A stretch of DNA of 64,000 nucleotides, taken from contig NC_043004.1 in NCBI RefSeq assembly GCF_006345805.1, forward strand, positions 62,124,001 to 62,188,000, read 5' to 3'. Shown here piece by piece: positions 26,789 through 39,859 of the stretch (position 1 is the stretch's first letter; each line of letters opens with the position of its first letter). Below the pieces are notes generated by a model. It was given only the letters and a program-made list of their open reading frames with translations. It searched no databases and was not told the origin of the DNA. Origin of the DNA: Octopus sinensis. Taxonomy: Eukaryota. The position numbers and the translations under genes were made by a program.

Positions 26789-27171
26789 ACTGGGAGAGAC
26801 AAATATACACGAGGCGTCTGTATTGATGCCTACGGGATATCTGACTAAAATTTTCAAGACTGACGTATTCGTGCCAAACTTATCAACAGTAAATATAAAC
26901 TGCCGATTCAATCTCAGAATTATTCAGAAAATTATCAATTAGTCAATTTAGGGTAGCAAAAAAATTCAATGGTTGCGATAAATTTCTATTGAATTTTTTT
27001 GCTACCCTAAATTGACTAATTGATAATTTTCTGAATAATTCTGAGATTGAATCGGCAGTTTATATTTACTGTTGATAAGTTTGGCGCGAATACGTCAGTC
27101 TTGAAAATTTTAAGTCAGATATCCCGTAGGCATCAATACAGACGCCTCGTGTATATTTGTCTCTCCCAGGT

Positions 27172-27271
27172 CTTTTACTGATGAAGTGTAACCTATGGTA
27201 GATTGGCTTAATTTAATTTAATTAAGCTAATTTAATCATTAATGACACAGAAACGTTGCAACGTCTAAAAG
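27172..27271 (+). ncRNA. Type I hammerhead ribozyme (array unit)
   Basis: ctttta CTGATGA a-gtgt...[agattggcttaatt/aattaagctaattt hairpin]...acac-a GAAA cgttgcaacg TC taaaag. Stem I is 6 bp, stem III is palindromic (acgttgcaacgt), and the GUC cleavage falls after C27265. Confidence 0.9.
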
Positions 27272-27651
27272 GATGAATTAGGGTAAATGTTTTTAAATTT
27301 TCACCTAATTTCTGAATTATAATACTTGGCGGTGTGAGTTATGGCTGCTCTTTCTGGTGGACGAGTGACCTGTTAGGGTCACTCCTAAATCGTTATATTT
27401 ATATATTTAGTCGATGACTATTTTCTCTTTTTCACCAGGCCGCTGGTTGCGATAAATTTCTATTGAATTTTTTTGCTACCCTAAATTGACTAATTGATAA
27501 TTTTCTGAATAATTCTGAGATTGAATCGGCAGTTGCAGTTTATATTTACTGTTGATAAGTTTGGCACGAATACGTCAGTCTTGAAAATTTTAAGTCAGAT
27601 ATCCCGTAGGCATCAATACAGACGCCTCGTGTATATTTGTCTCTCCCAGGT

Positions 27652-27750
27652 CTTTTACTGATGAAGTGTAACCTATGGTAGATGGCTTAATTTAATTTAA
27701 TTAAGCTAATTTAATCATTAATGACACAGAAACGTTGCAACGTCTAAAAG
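27652..27750 (+). ncRNA. Type I hammerhead ribozyme (array unit)
   Basis: Same motif with one base missing in the stem II extension. Confidence 0.88.
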
Positions 27751-28125
27751 GATGAATTAGGGTAAATGTTTTTAAATTTTCACCTAATTTCTGAATTAAT
27801 AATACTTGGCGGTGTGAGTTATGGCTGCTCTTTCTGGTGGACGAGTGACCTGTTAGGGTCACTCCTAAATCGTTATATTTATATATTTAGTCGATGACTA
27901 TTTTCTCTTTTTCACCAGGCCGCTGGTTGCGATAAATTTCTATTGAATTTTTTTGCTACCCTAAATTGACTAATTGATAATTTTCTGAATAATTCTGAGA
28001 GTGAATCGGCAGTTTATATTTACTGTTGATAAGTTTGGCGCGAATACGTCAGTCTTGAAAATTTTAAGTCAGATATCCCGTAGGCATCAATACAGACGCC
28101 TCGTGTATATTTGTCTCTCCCAGGT

Positions 28126-28225
28126 CTTTTACTGATGAAGTGTAACCTATGGTAGATTGGCTTAATTTAATTTAATTAAGCTAATTTAATCATTAATGAC
28201 ACAGAAACGTTGCAACGTCTAAAAG
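28126..28225 (+). ncRNA. Type I hammerhead ribozyme (array unit)
   Basis: Same motif. Confidence 0.88.
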
Positions 28226-28600
28226 GATGAATTAGGGTAAATGTTTTTAAATTTTCACCTAATTTCTGAATTAATAATACTTGGCGGTGTGAGTTGTGGC
28301 TGCTCTTTCTGGTGGACGAGTGACCTGTTAGGGTCACTCCTAAATCGTTATATTTATATATTTAGTCGATGACTATTTTCTCTTTTTCACCAGGCCGCTG
28401 GTTGCGATAAATTTCTATTGAATTTTTTTGCTACCCTAAATTGACTAATTGATAATTTTCTGAATAATTCTGAGATTGAATCGGCAGTTTATATTTACTG
28501 TTGATAAGTTTGGCGCGAATACGTCAGTCTTGAAAATTTTAAGTCAGATATCCCGTAGGCATCAATACAGACGCCTCGTGTATATTTGTCTCTCCCAGGT

Positions 28601-28700
28601 CTTTTACTGATGAAGTGTAACCTATGGTAGATTGGCTTAATTTAATTTAATTAAGCTAATTTAATCATTAATGATACAGAAACGTTGCAACGTCTAAAAG
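28601..28700 (+). ncRNA. Type I hammerhead ribozyme (array unit)
   Basis: Same motif; acac->atac converts a stem II pair to G-U. Confidence 0.88.
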
Positions 28701-29075
28701 GATGAATTAGGGTAAATGTTTTTAAATTTTCACCTAATTTCTGAATTAATAATACTTGGCGGTGTGAGTTATGGCTGCTCTTTCTGGTGGACGAGTGACC
28801 TGTTAGGGTCACTCCTAAATCGTTATATTTATATATTTAGTCGATGACTATTTTCTCTTTTTCACCAGGCCGCTGGTTGCGATAAATTTCTATTGAATTT
28901 TTTTGCTACCCTAAATTGACTAATTGATAATTTTCTGAATAATTCTGAGATTGAATCGGCAGTTTATATTTACTGTTGATAAGTTTGGCGCGAATACGTC
29001 AGTCTTGAAAATTTTAAGTCAGATATCCCGTAGGCATCAATACAGACGCCTCGTGTATATTTGTCTCTCCCAGGT

Positions 29076-29174
29076 CTTTTACTGATGAAGTGTAACCTAT
29101 GGTAGATTGGCTTAATTTAATTTAATTAAGCTATTTAATCATTAATGACACAGAAACGTTGCAACGTCTAAAAG
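29076..29174 (+). ncRNA. Type I hammerhead ribozyme (array unit)
   Basis: Same motif. Confidence 0.88.
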
Positions 29175-29297
29175 GATGAATTAGGGTAAATGTTTTTAAA
29201 TTTTCACCTAATTTCTGAATTAATAATACTTGGCGGTGTGAGTTATGGCTGCTCTTTCTGGTGGACGAGTGACCTGTTAGGGCCACTCCTAAATCGT

Positions 29298-29354
<57 letters not shown>

Positions 29355-29859
29355 TATTGTTATTATCATTTAATTGAACACAACGCATCCGTTTCCAAAT
29401 ACTTTTATCTTAACCTTTTTGATGCGACTCTTTTCTACACTCTTTTCTTCGTCCATCCTTCTCTAATTCCCTTTTTCTCCCCTTCTTTCATAGCTTTCTA
29501 CCTCTCCCTGCCCTCTTTTTCTCCCTCGTGTTCGCCGCCACAGCCTCGTTTAAGTTTACCAGCCCTTCTTGTTAGTTTCCAGTGTCCTGTTTTTGTCACC
29601 AATTTTGTCCCTCCGCAAAATCCCAAATTTTATTTAATTTGCTTTGCAGTAGCAACTGTTTTATCGAAGGCGTATCTTGTCGTGAATTGCTTGAAATACG
29701 GATTAGAAAAGACTGCCGGCAACTGATGTAGAGTCGTTCGTTGTTTTGTTTGGCTTGTTTTTCATTTGTTGTTTTTTTTCGCCCAAAAATTTCATAATCC
29801 ATATCCTCAGACTTCGTATTTTTTCTTGTTTACATTTTGTGACGTCCTGTGCCCACATA

Positions 29860-30285
<426 letters not shown>

Positions 30286-30327
30286 ATAAGAAAAAAGGTT
30301 TGAAAATGCAATTTAAACGATGTTTAT

Positions 30328-30372
30328 TTACTTAACCGGTTTCACTCTTTGGTAAAAGATTGTCAAAAGTAA
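30328..30372 (-). ncRNA. Candidate minimal hammerhead, U3-A8 core variant
   Basis: Reverse complement of 34051-34095; sense relative to the PLE-2 ORF. Confidence 0.65.
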
Positions 30373-31935
30373 CATTAAAAGTATCATTGAATAATATGGG
30401 TTCAAAAAAGTTTTTTACATAATTGTCACATTGAATATTATGCATTCAAAAAAGTTTTTTACATAATTGTCACATTGGATATTATGAATTCAAAAATGTT
30501 TTTTATACAAAATTGTCACATTACATGTATAAATATAGTGTTTGGTAACAGAGAAGTTCAATAGTGTGATGCGAATATTTGGAAAAATTGGCAGAAAAGG
30601 ATAAAACAAATATATTATTGGAAATTTGGTTGCGTTAATTATTGGTTGTCGCAAATTGTCACATTACATGTATATATATACTGTCTTTGTTATATATATA
30701 CAATATTTTGACAGCAAAAATTAAAATGGATTTTTGATACATCTCAGAATATTTTAAGTTGAAGGCGAGAATGTGTTGTTACTAACCTGTTTGTTTTAGC
30801 AGACGGGTTGAATTGAGAGAAAAAAAGGTTGTACCCAGTGTGGTGTATACTCCCCTTCAAGCATCAATGGTTTTGGGGTTATCAGGAGGTTAGTATGCCT
30901 GCTGGTAGAGCAACGTCTGTTTGTCACACACATATATTCACACACACACACACACACACAACAACAACACACACACACACACATAGTATAGAAACACACA
31001 CCACATACACACAACACACACACACACAGAACACACACACACACCAACACACGCACACATCCATACATATATAAATATCACACAAATACACCTAGCATAT
31101 ATATACACATATATATATAAACACACACACACATAGTATAGAAACACACACCACATACACACAACACACACACACACACACACCAACACACGCACACATC
31201 CATACATAATATAAATATCACACAAATACACCTAGCATATATATACACATACAATATACAAATACAGCATGTATATAATACACGTACACAATATATGCAT
31301 GCAATATACATACGCAATAAATACATATAATATATATATATATATAGACAATGCATATACATATATACATGTATACATATAAATAGTGTTTACATACACA
31401 TACATAGATATACCACATATACACACAATATACATACATACAATGCATACACATACACGTACGCATACATATAATATATATAAACACACACACACATAAC
31501 ATACATACACAATGCATACATATATATACACGCAATGCATATACATGTATACAATGCACACTTATACACACATATTTACACTTAATTGTACACATACATA
31601 TACAATACACATACATACAATATACATATACACAATGCGCATGCAAATAATGCACATGTTTATATACGCATAAACATGCAAATAAATATACACACACACA
31701 TATACATACACATATATACATACATATATATATATATATATACATATACATACATACATACATGCACATACATATATTTTTTCACACACATACACATACA
31801 TATATATATATAAAATTCACACACAAATTACAAACCCATAGCGTACACACTCAAATATATCTCTACATACCGTACACACACACAAACAATGTACTCACAT
31901 ATACATACATACCATGCATATACACACACAATACT

Positions 31936-31976
<41 letters not shown>

Positions 31977-32431
31977 AAATACACATGTAAATACATACAC
32001 ACGTATACAATGCTCACACACACACATACACACCCACACGCATACAGTGCACACACACAGACATATATATACACACGTGCACACACACACACACACACAC
32101 ACAACGCGCGCACACACACGCACATACACACACACGCACACAGTGCACACACACACGCACACAGTGCACACACACACACACGCATATATATACACACGCG
32201 CACACACACACACACACAACGTGCACACACACACACACACACAACACTCACACACATATACATAACCTACATATATATAATGCATGCGTGTGTATGCCAC
32301 GTATGTGTGCGGTCAATGCCCGCTAGTGTGTCCTATGCGTACCGATGTGTGCATGTGCCCGCCCGCACGATATGCTGTGAGTGTGCGCGTGTCCCTGTGT
32401 GCTTGCTCTGGATGTGTTTCCAGGGGGTATG

Positions 32432-33516
32432 TTAGAGTATGTTTAGTTGTGGTCTGTATTTTTGAATAAGATTACTTTCCTTATTTATTCGTGTTTGGTC
32501 TGTGGTGTTGTCCGAGCATTGATATAGTGGGAAGACTAAGAATTTGGGGGACTTATTGTGTGCACAAAGGTCTAAGTGTCCACTTAGTGGTATCTGTCTT
32601 GTGGAGGGGTCTCTCAGTTCTTGTCGGTGAACTGTCATTCTTTCTCTGAGGGTAAGGCTCGTTTGCCCTATGTAGTCTTCGTGGCATCCTTCACACCTTA
32701 TGACGTAGAGTAATTTTTTTGATGCGCACGTGAAATTATTTTTTATGATGAATGTGTGTCCCGAGTGGAACTTGTACGACGATCCCTCAATGAGGTGGAT
32801 GCAGGTCTTGCAGTTGGAGCGACCACATTTTTTGATGGTGGGTGGTGGGTTTGTGTTGTGTAATTTTGCGTTGGTGAGGAGGTTTTTTAGGGATTTGGGT
32901 TGTCTCTTACTTTTTATTATTTTATGAGCTGCCAGTATTTTTTTCAGGCGTGGGTCTTGATTTAGTTGTGGAATGTTGTTGTATATAATAGTGTAAGCTT
33001 CTGCATTCCTTGGGTTGTGTGTTGAGAGATAGGGGAGGCTATTTACTGTACTGTGGATGTGTTTGGGTTTTCGTAGGTCTTGAATGTTGATTGATTTGGC
33101 CCGTTCTATTCCGTTGTCTACTAGTGATGCGGGGTAATGTCTTTCGAGAAGAATTGCCCTTAGTTCCCGGAGTCTTCTATTCGTGTTGTGTCATTTGAGA
33201 CAATAGTGCAGATTCTTCTCGCTAGGTTGAAGGGGATATTTGTCTTTGTGTGTTTTGGGTGATTGGAGGTGAATAGAAGGTATTGTTTAGAGTCAGTGGG
33301 TTTGTAATGGATGTCAGTTTCAATGTTGACGCCTTTTTTAATGATTAGGATGTCAAGAAAAGGGAGTTGGTCCTGACTATATTCCATTGTGAATTGAATG
33401 TTGTTATTTACACTGTTGATAAGGTTTTTGAAGTCTATAAGTTGGTCGAGTGTGTGGGACCATAGGATGAGGCAATCATCTAAGTAGCGTTTCCAGTTCT
33501 CCAACAGTTCTGCTTG
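32432..33516 (-). pseudogene. PLE RT C-terminal half + Cys linker + GIY-YIG, with frameshifts near 33180 and 32710
   Basis: NWKRYLDDCLILW, LPFLDILI, HYKPTDSKQYL..SNHPKHTK.NIPFNLARRI, CGRSNCKTC, LYVIRCEGCHEDYIGQT, ERMTVHRQ...IQKYRPQLN. Confidence 0.92.
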
Positions 33517-34050
33517 ACCAGCAGGCATACTAACCTCCTGATAACCCCAAAACCATTGATGCTTGAAGGGGAGTATACACCACACTGGGTACAACCTTTT
33601 TTTCTCTCAATTCAACCCTTCTGCTAAAACAAACAGGTTAGTAACAACACATTCTCGCCTTCAACTTAAAATATTCTGAGATGTATAAAAAATCCATTTT
33701 AATTTTTGCTGTCAAAATATTGTATATATATATACCAAAGACTGTATATATATACATGTAATGTGACAATTTGCGACAACCAATAATTAACGCAACCAAA
33801 TTTCCAATAATATATTTGTTTTATCCTTTTCTGCCAATTTTTCCAAATTTCGCATCACACTATTGAACTTCTCTGTTACCAAACACTATATTTATACATG
33901 TAATGTGACAATTTGTATAAAAAATATTTTTGAATTCATAATATCCAATGTGACAATTATGTAAAAAACTTTTTTGAATGCATAATATTCAATGTGACAA
34001 TTATGTAAAACACTTTTTTGAACCCATATTATTCAATGATACTTTTAATG

Positions 34051-34095
34051 TTACTTTTGACAATCTTTTACCAAAGAGTGAAACCGGTTAAGTAA
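34051..34095 (+). ncRNA. Candidate minimal hammerhead, U3-A8 core variant
   Basis: ttactt TTGACAA t-ctttt-acca-aagag-t GAAA ccgg TT aagtaa. Stem I is 6 bp, stem II is 5 bp (one G-U), and stem III is palindromic (accggt). Confidence 0.65.
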
Positions 34096-34170
34096 ATAAA
34101 CATCGTTTAAATTGCATTTTCAAACCTTTTTTCTTATATAATCCCACTCGTGCGATACCCCACAACTCAA

Positions 34171-34219
<49 letters not shown>

Positions 34220-36980
34220 ATATATACACACATACATCATGACGAAAATATTTTCAAGCGAGACGGATTAAACGTATCTCATTCCTCCAGTGTTTTATTT
34301 CTGTCTATTAAATATCCATTTAGTAGATTGCTGACATTTTGACAACGGTCTTTCCCGTTCAGCTAATGCGCCATTCACGTGTTTGAAATTCACCTTTCTT
34401 GGAGCCTACAATTAATATAGGTCTGGAGTCTATTAGAATTGGTGCAGCGTTTGTACCTGGATACATGTTTATGTTTCGTGATATATTCAGTGAAATATGC
34501 ATCCGTCATCTTCCCCGATATGCGCCTGTATGTTCTTCTAATGTTGTTTTGTACATGATAGCGATTTCATTGACCCGTCGTTGGTGCTTTACTATCTTAG
34601 GATCTCATTCGCTTGAATTCTGAACACACACACACACACATATACAAGTTAAAAACATATAATGAATTCAGAAACAGAGACAAATGATCCCGAAATCTTC
34701 AGTTATCGACTAGAGTGTTAAACGCAATTCACACTTTAACGGTAATATTAAAACCCTAGTTCGAGGCGCCGACGGTGAATACGCCACCGCGAATCGGCTA
34801 GCCAAAAAACAAGACATAAAAAAACAACGAAGAATCACACAACCATGCGATGCAGAAACGTAACATTCAAATGTAGAATAAATATAATTCGGGACGAGAC
34901 AATTAGTGGACGGACGATGGACAGAGACGTAAAACAAAATGGGCGATTGTGAACATTCGAACGAACGTAAATGTATATAAATATGGCTCGGAAATTGTGA
35001 GCAAGATATCGAAAGATTCCTATGACGGTCTCAAAATGCTGTTTGTAGCCTCTAGAAAATTGTTACATGCCTCATCTCTTCTATAGTAACGAGCCCCATA
35101 TCATTGATAGGAAGGGTATTCTCTCCAAATGGAAATCAAAAAAAGAAAAAAAGATATTGCTTTGTATTGTAACAGGTTTTTTTTTCATTACTCTTGCTGT
35201 ATCATCAAATTGTAATTATTACATTCCGGAATGGCCAGGTATCCTGAGGTTTTCTGTTGGAGCATTCTTGAAAGATGTAAAAGAAGTATGAGATGATATC
35301 GAATTGCTCGTGGGTCATAAGGCCTACGAGCAGGCATCCACATAGCATCTTTTATAAAATAGCTGCTTGCGATATCTTAGAAATATCTATCTCCACTGTA
35401 TTACAAATGAAATCAGTGAGTTTATCGATGATGCCTATGAAATGTTGCAAAGAGATATTAGATCAGGATGCGGTATCACATGATCGTTTACATTTCTAAA
35501 ATTTCCGAGGATATACATGAGAAAAAATATCATGAACAGGATATGTGTCTTAGACACACGTAACTGAAAAGCTCTGTGTTTTTTTCTAAAATGATCGACA
35601 TAATATCCTTCTATGCAAGAAATCAAAGCATCTTCCGTTTCAGTCTCACTGCATTCAAGTGGTCATCACTCGGGTATACAATTCCTATCCTGTACCCACT
35701 GCAGTCCCTGCAGTTATAAATGGTTTAACACCAGAACACTTTTGCATATGGCTACTTTGCGTGACTTCTCGTTTTGTACTGAAGCTGCATGGGATGTGAC
35801 ATCTGTCCTATAGTTCGGTCTCACCTCCAGAATCATTCGGTCTCACCTCCAGACTGAGACTGAGATTGAAACGGAAACCGTCCAGCAACCAAGGTCCATC
35901 CTCAGGAAAATTAGAGGTGGCAATCATTTCACTCAGTTTCCAACAGTAACAATGATTAAGAATCCTAAACATATGTGGGGAGAAGAATGAGCTCAAGTGT
36001 TACTTTGGTGATGAAATAGACAACCAGATAGTCAAAGCTACAAATGTTTTCAGTAATCTTCGTCTTCGTAAACGTGATATATGTGCAATCGAATTCCGGT
36101 AAAGTCAGTGAAATCTACCAGCGGATCTTGGATGCACTTTTGATATTTTACGCAACAGTTTGGTGTATGGCCTGAGCGGTTAGAACCTGTATGCCCCTTC
36201 ATGTTCAAAGTTGCGAGTTTCGGCAGTTGATTTTCCTTGCTAAAAAGAATGAGTTCATATGTTCCTAGAGAAACGTATACTCTCTAATAGCATATGATTT
36301 AACTCCGTAGCTAAATTCGTTTGAGCCACAGTAACTATGTGACTGTCGGAGTCCCATGGCAGCCTCTGAAAGCAAGGTATCCTTTGTGTTTCAGGAAAAG
36401 CAATATTAATGTCAACTGAAGTTCATCCACATTAATATGAAAATCAAATTCTCCAAAGCATGCCGAATAGCGAACAACTTCCATGAGAATTTGCTTCCCA
36501 CATTTAACATTCTCTCCATTATTGTTGGTGGTTCTTCAAGGAATTGTAGGGACTATACATATCTCGGCAAAACACTTATTATATAAATACAACAACATCT
36601 TGTAGCTTTTAAGATATAATGATCACTTTTCACTGTAGATGTTACATGTAGGTTTTCGAAAAGTGAATTCCCCTGCATTTCCGTAACATTATTCATCTTT
36701 GTTAAAAAAAAAAGAATTGGTCATAATGCAGAATATACAAAACCCAAAAGGAAATATAAATTTGATGAAAATATTAACATGCTATTGTATTACGTAAAAA
36801 TCTACATGTAAATCTAGTTATGAATGAGAATTGGTATTTCATATAGATATATGGTGTTGTTCGAGTGTTTGTGTTATGTGTATGTGTGTTGTGGTGTGTA
36901 TGCGTGTACGTGCGTGTGTGTGCGCGAGCGCTTTTATATGCATGTGTGTGTGCTTATATTCATGCATATGTATATATATA

Positions 36981-37023
<43 letters not shown>

Positions 37024-37330
37024 TTATATATATATATATATATATATTTGTGTGTGTGTGTGGTGTGTGTGTATGTGTGAGGTGTGGTTTATGTTGTGTT
37101 GGAGTGAGACAATTGATGACACGCATAAAAATAACCTAGCGAATCGCAAACGGATGATTTCAATCTATATAATACGCATAAAATGGATGAAGGAGGGCAT
37201 CTGTGAGATTCAGAGATTCTGTGCAATGTTTTCTAACAGATATATATATAAATATTAAGCGGCGAAATGTCGGTAAGTATTACGTATTGCAATATGTTAA
37301 ATACAAAATAAACTATAAACGTTGAAATAT

Positions 37331-37399
<69 letters not shown>

Positions 37400-37735
37400 T
37401 AGTACAGTATAGTATTCTATACTGGCCGTCCGTCGGTTACAACGACATAGGTTCCAGTTGCTACGATCAACGGAACAGCTTGCTCATGAAATTAACGTGC
37501 AAATGGCTGAGCAACCCACAGACACGGGTACACTTAACGTAGTTCAGTTCACTGGGAACTTCATCATGACAGAGAATGTGGCAAGTCTGGCCCTTTTTTG
37601 AAATACATGCACTACTAATATTTGTCAGCCGATTGCACTGGAATAACGTGAAATATATCGTCTTGCTCAAGATCACAACGCCTCGCCGGGAATTGAAATC
37701 ACAAAAGTAAGAGCGAAATCCGTGACCACTGAACC
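37400..37735 (-). mobile_element. Decayed tRNA-derived SINE, related to the 1417-1657 type
   Basis: cttgctcaagatcacaacgcctcgccgggaattgaa...accactgaaccacgtg parallels tttgctcaagaacacaaagcgtcgcccggtccaggaatcga at ~1560. Confidence 0.6.
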
Positions 37736-37800
37736 ACGTGATTTCACATACCCATATCTATAACTATGTATGTATGTATGTATGTATGTATGTATGTATG

Positions 37801-37837
<37 letters not shown>

Positions 37838-38709
37838 GTCTATCTATCTACCTATCTATCTGTCTATCTATCTACCTATCTATCTATCTATATATATATA
37901 TATATATATATACCTATCTATCTATCTATCTATCTACTATCTATTTATCTATCTATCTATCCGTCTGCCTGTCTGTCTGTCTGTCTGTCTTTCTATCTAT
38001 CTATAATATATATATATATATATGGGTGTGTGTGATTGTGTATAGAAGAATATGTTAATAAAAGGAATTCCAACCGTGTCTGATTTTCACGTTTTATTTA
38101 CAATCTTATAATGATATATTATAAGATAATATATTATAATAGAATAAAATAAAATAGTAGAATGTTAAATGTTCATTCTGATTGAACTAGTACTTTCATG
38201 CATTAAATTCTGCAATCTTCGGGTTCATGTAGTAGTGGTGACAGTCATGCTTCACAATTGTTGACTGTAGCAAGATGATTGATTCTGTGCTATAAATACA
38301 GCTGGGTAGGCTCCAGAGTGCTAGGTTTTGCAAACTCTATTGTAACCAATCAGTGTGTAGTATCACTCAATTACTTAAGCTGATTGGTTTAGGCGTCACG
38401 CTTTGTTGGACATGTCAAGAGTCCTGTATCTTGACCCTGGCCGAAGCAGCAATTGTTGGGTTATTTTTAGAAATGTTGTAAATAGTCTTTGTCAGAGATT
38501 TTTATATATTTTTATATTTCAATAGTCATCATCATCATTGTCAGCACCTTAATTATTGTTGCTAGTGGTGATGGTGGTGGCAATAGAACTATTAACCCTA
38601 AATAAGATAATTTTCCTGCTATCTTCATCTTGATCACCTTTAGTATTGTTGCTGTTGTTAGTGATCATGGTCGTAGCAGTAGAAGTAGTACCTCTAAGTA
38701 TTATTATTA

Positions 38710-39125
38710 TTATTGCTTATTTAGCTTGGGTTCGAATTTATCAATAAAATTCTTTTCTCTGATTTTCCCCTCGATTTCATTTGGGCTGTGTAATTTGTAG
38801 AACGGAAAGATATACATTTTCCGGCCACATGTTGCTAGGTGGTTACTCAAAGGTATCTGACGGACCTCTGGGTCTCTAATCTGTTGCCGGTGTACACGTG
38901 AGCGTTCTGATAGTGCGTTCCCCGTCTGACCTACATATATTTTTTCACAATTTGGGCATTTGATGCAGTAAATTAAATTTCTGCTTTTGCAGTTCATATT
39001 CGCGTTTGTGAATATTTTCCCGGTTTTTGTGTTTATATATTGGCCGGTATGTATGAATTGGCATGTACCACATCGGCTATCATTGCATTTAGATACAGTG
39101 AATGTTTGGTCTTCGTTGCTATGGT
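38710..39125 (-). pseudogene. 5'-truncated PLE fragment: Cys linker + GIY-YIG endonuclease
   Basis: Open frame QTFTVSKCNDSRCGTCQFIHTG...NCKSRNLIYCIKCPNCEKIYVGQTG..LSER..VHRQQIRDP...IFPFY...FIDKFEPKLN*. It starts at a (TA)n tract. Confidence 0.88.
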
Positions 39126-39131
39126 CAAATA

Positions 39132-39183
<52 letters not shown>

Positions 39184-39209
39184 AGTATGTATGTTTGTAT
39201 ATACAAGTA

Positions 39210-39514
39210 TGTAATAACATAGGTAAATATACACTCAAAGAAAAAACCACAAGTGCCTTCCCTGTTTGTAGAAAGAAGATGTCAGATATTGAAGCCACGA
39301 AAAATAAGTTTTCATACATAACGGGTTGGATGTAAGCAGACAAAACAATGTGAAACAAATTCATACATTTTTTTTCATATCATATTCCTGTTTACATGCA
39401 ACACGCTACGTATAAGAATGTATCTTACTTGGTTTGAATATCGGGCATTTTCTTCAGCAAGTAAAAAAACCACTTCGTGGTTTTCCTCTTAGTGTATAAT
39501 TACCTATTATTACA
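39210..39514. mobile_element. MITE-like element with diverged inverted arms
   Basis: tgtaataacataggtaaatatacactcaaagaaaaaaccacaagtg versus cacttcgtggttttcctcttagtgtataattacctattattaca. Confidence 0.6.
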
Positions 39515-39521
39515 TTACACT

Positions 39522-39554
<33 letters not shown>

Positions 39555-39859
39555 ATATAATATATATATATATCAATATATAATATATTGTTTTGTGTGT
39601 GTGTGTGTGTGTGTATGTGTGTGTCTGTGTCTGTGTGTCCGTGTGTATGTGTGTACTAAATACAATGTAACTATATAAACTAACATTTCAGCCAGGAGGA
39701 CCACAATATGACTTGGGTCGTATTAGTAACGTGACCGTAGTCAACCCCTTCTTAGAACTAACATTATGCTTCCAATCTGGAATTGCACTGGAAACGTCAT
39801 CACTTGCTTTGACTCTCTTCATTATAAACAACACAGCCATTTGCTTTAGTTTGGTACCT

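Larger units (their letters stand above)
25994..29302. repeat. ~474-bp HHR-containing tandem array (retrozyme-like): ~2 units on minus (25994-26970), ~5 units on plus (26971-29302)
   Basis: Left-arm units recur at 25997, 26471 and 26941. Right-arm units recur at 26971, 27445, 27925, 28400 and 28875. Units are near-identical, have no ORF, and both ends lie in (TA)n. Confidence 0.95.
30286..34140 (-). mobile_element. Penelope-like element (PLE-2, Neptune-like): 3' terminal repeat (30286-30906), simple-sequence 3' UTR, 5'-truncated ORF, inverted terminal repeat (33517-34140)
   Basis: The two ~620-bp arms are near-perfect reverse complements. The ORF starts immediately inside the right arm. Confidence 0.9.

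Noticed and set aside
27276-27285. Telomeric TTAGGG signal in the array units
   Set aside because: Isolated single hexamers, not tandem.
25994-29302. CRISPR array or plain satellite
   Set aside because: There are no unique spacers and the context is eukaryotic. Units are full-length near-identical repeats with a structured ribozyme motif.
34700-36000. Complex-looking DNA with several 60-75-aa ORFs
   Set aside because: No motif I can assign; left unannotated.
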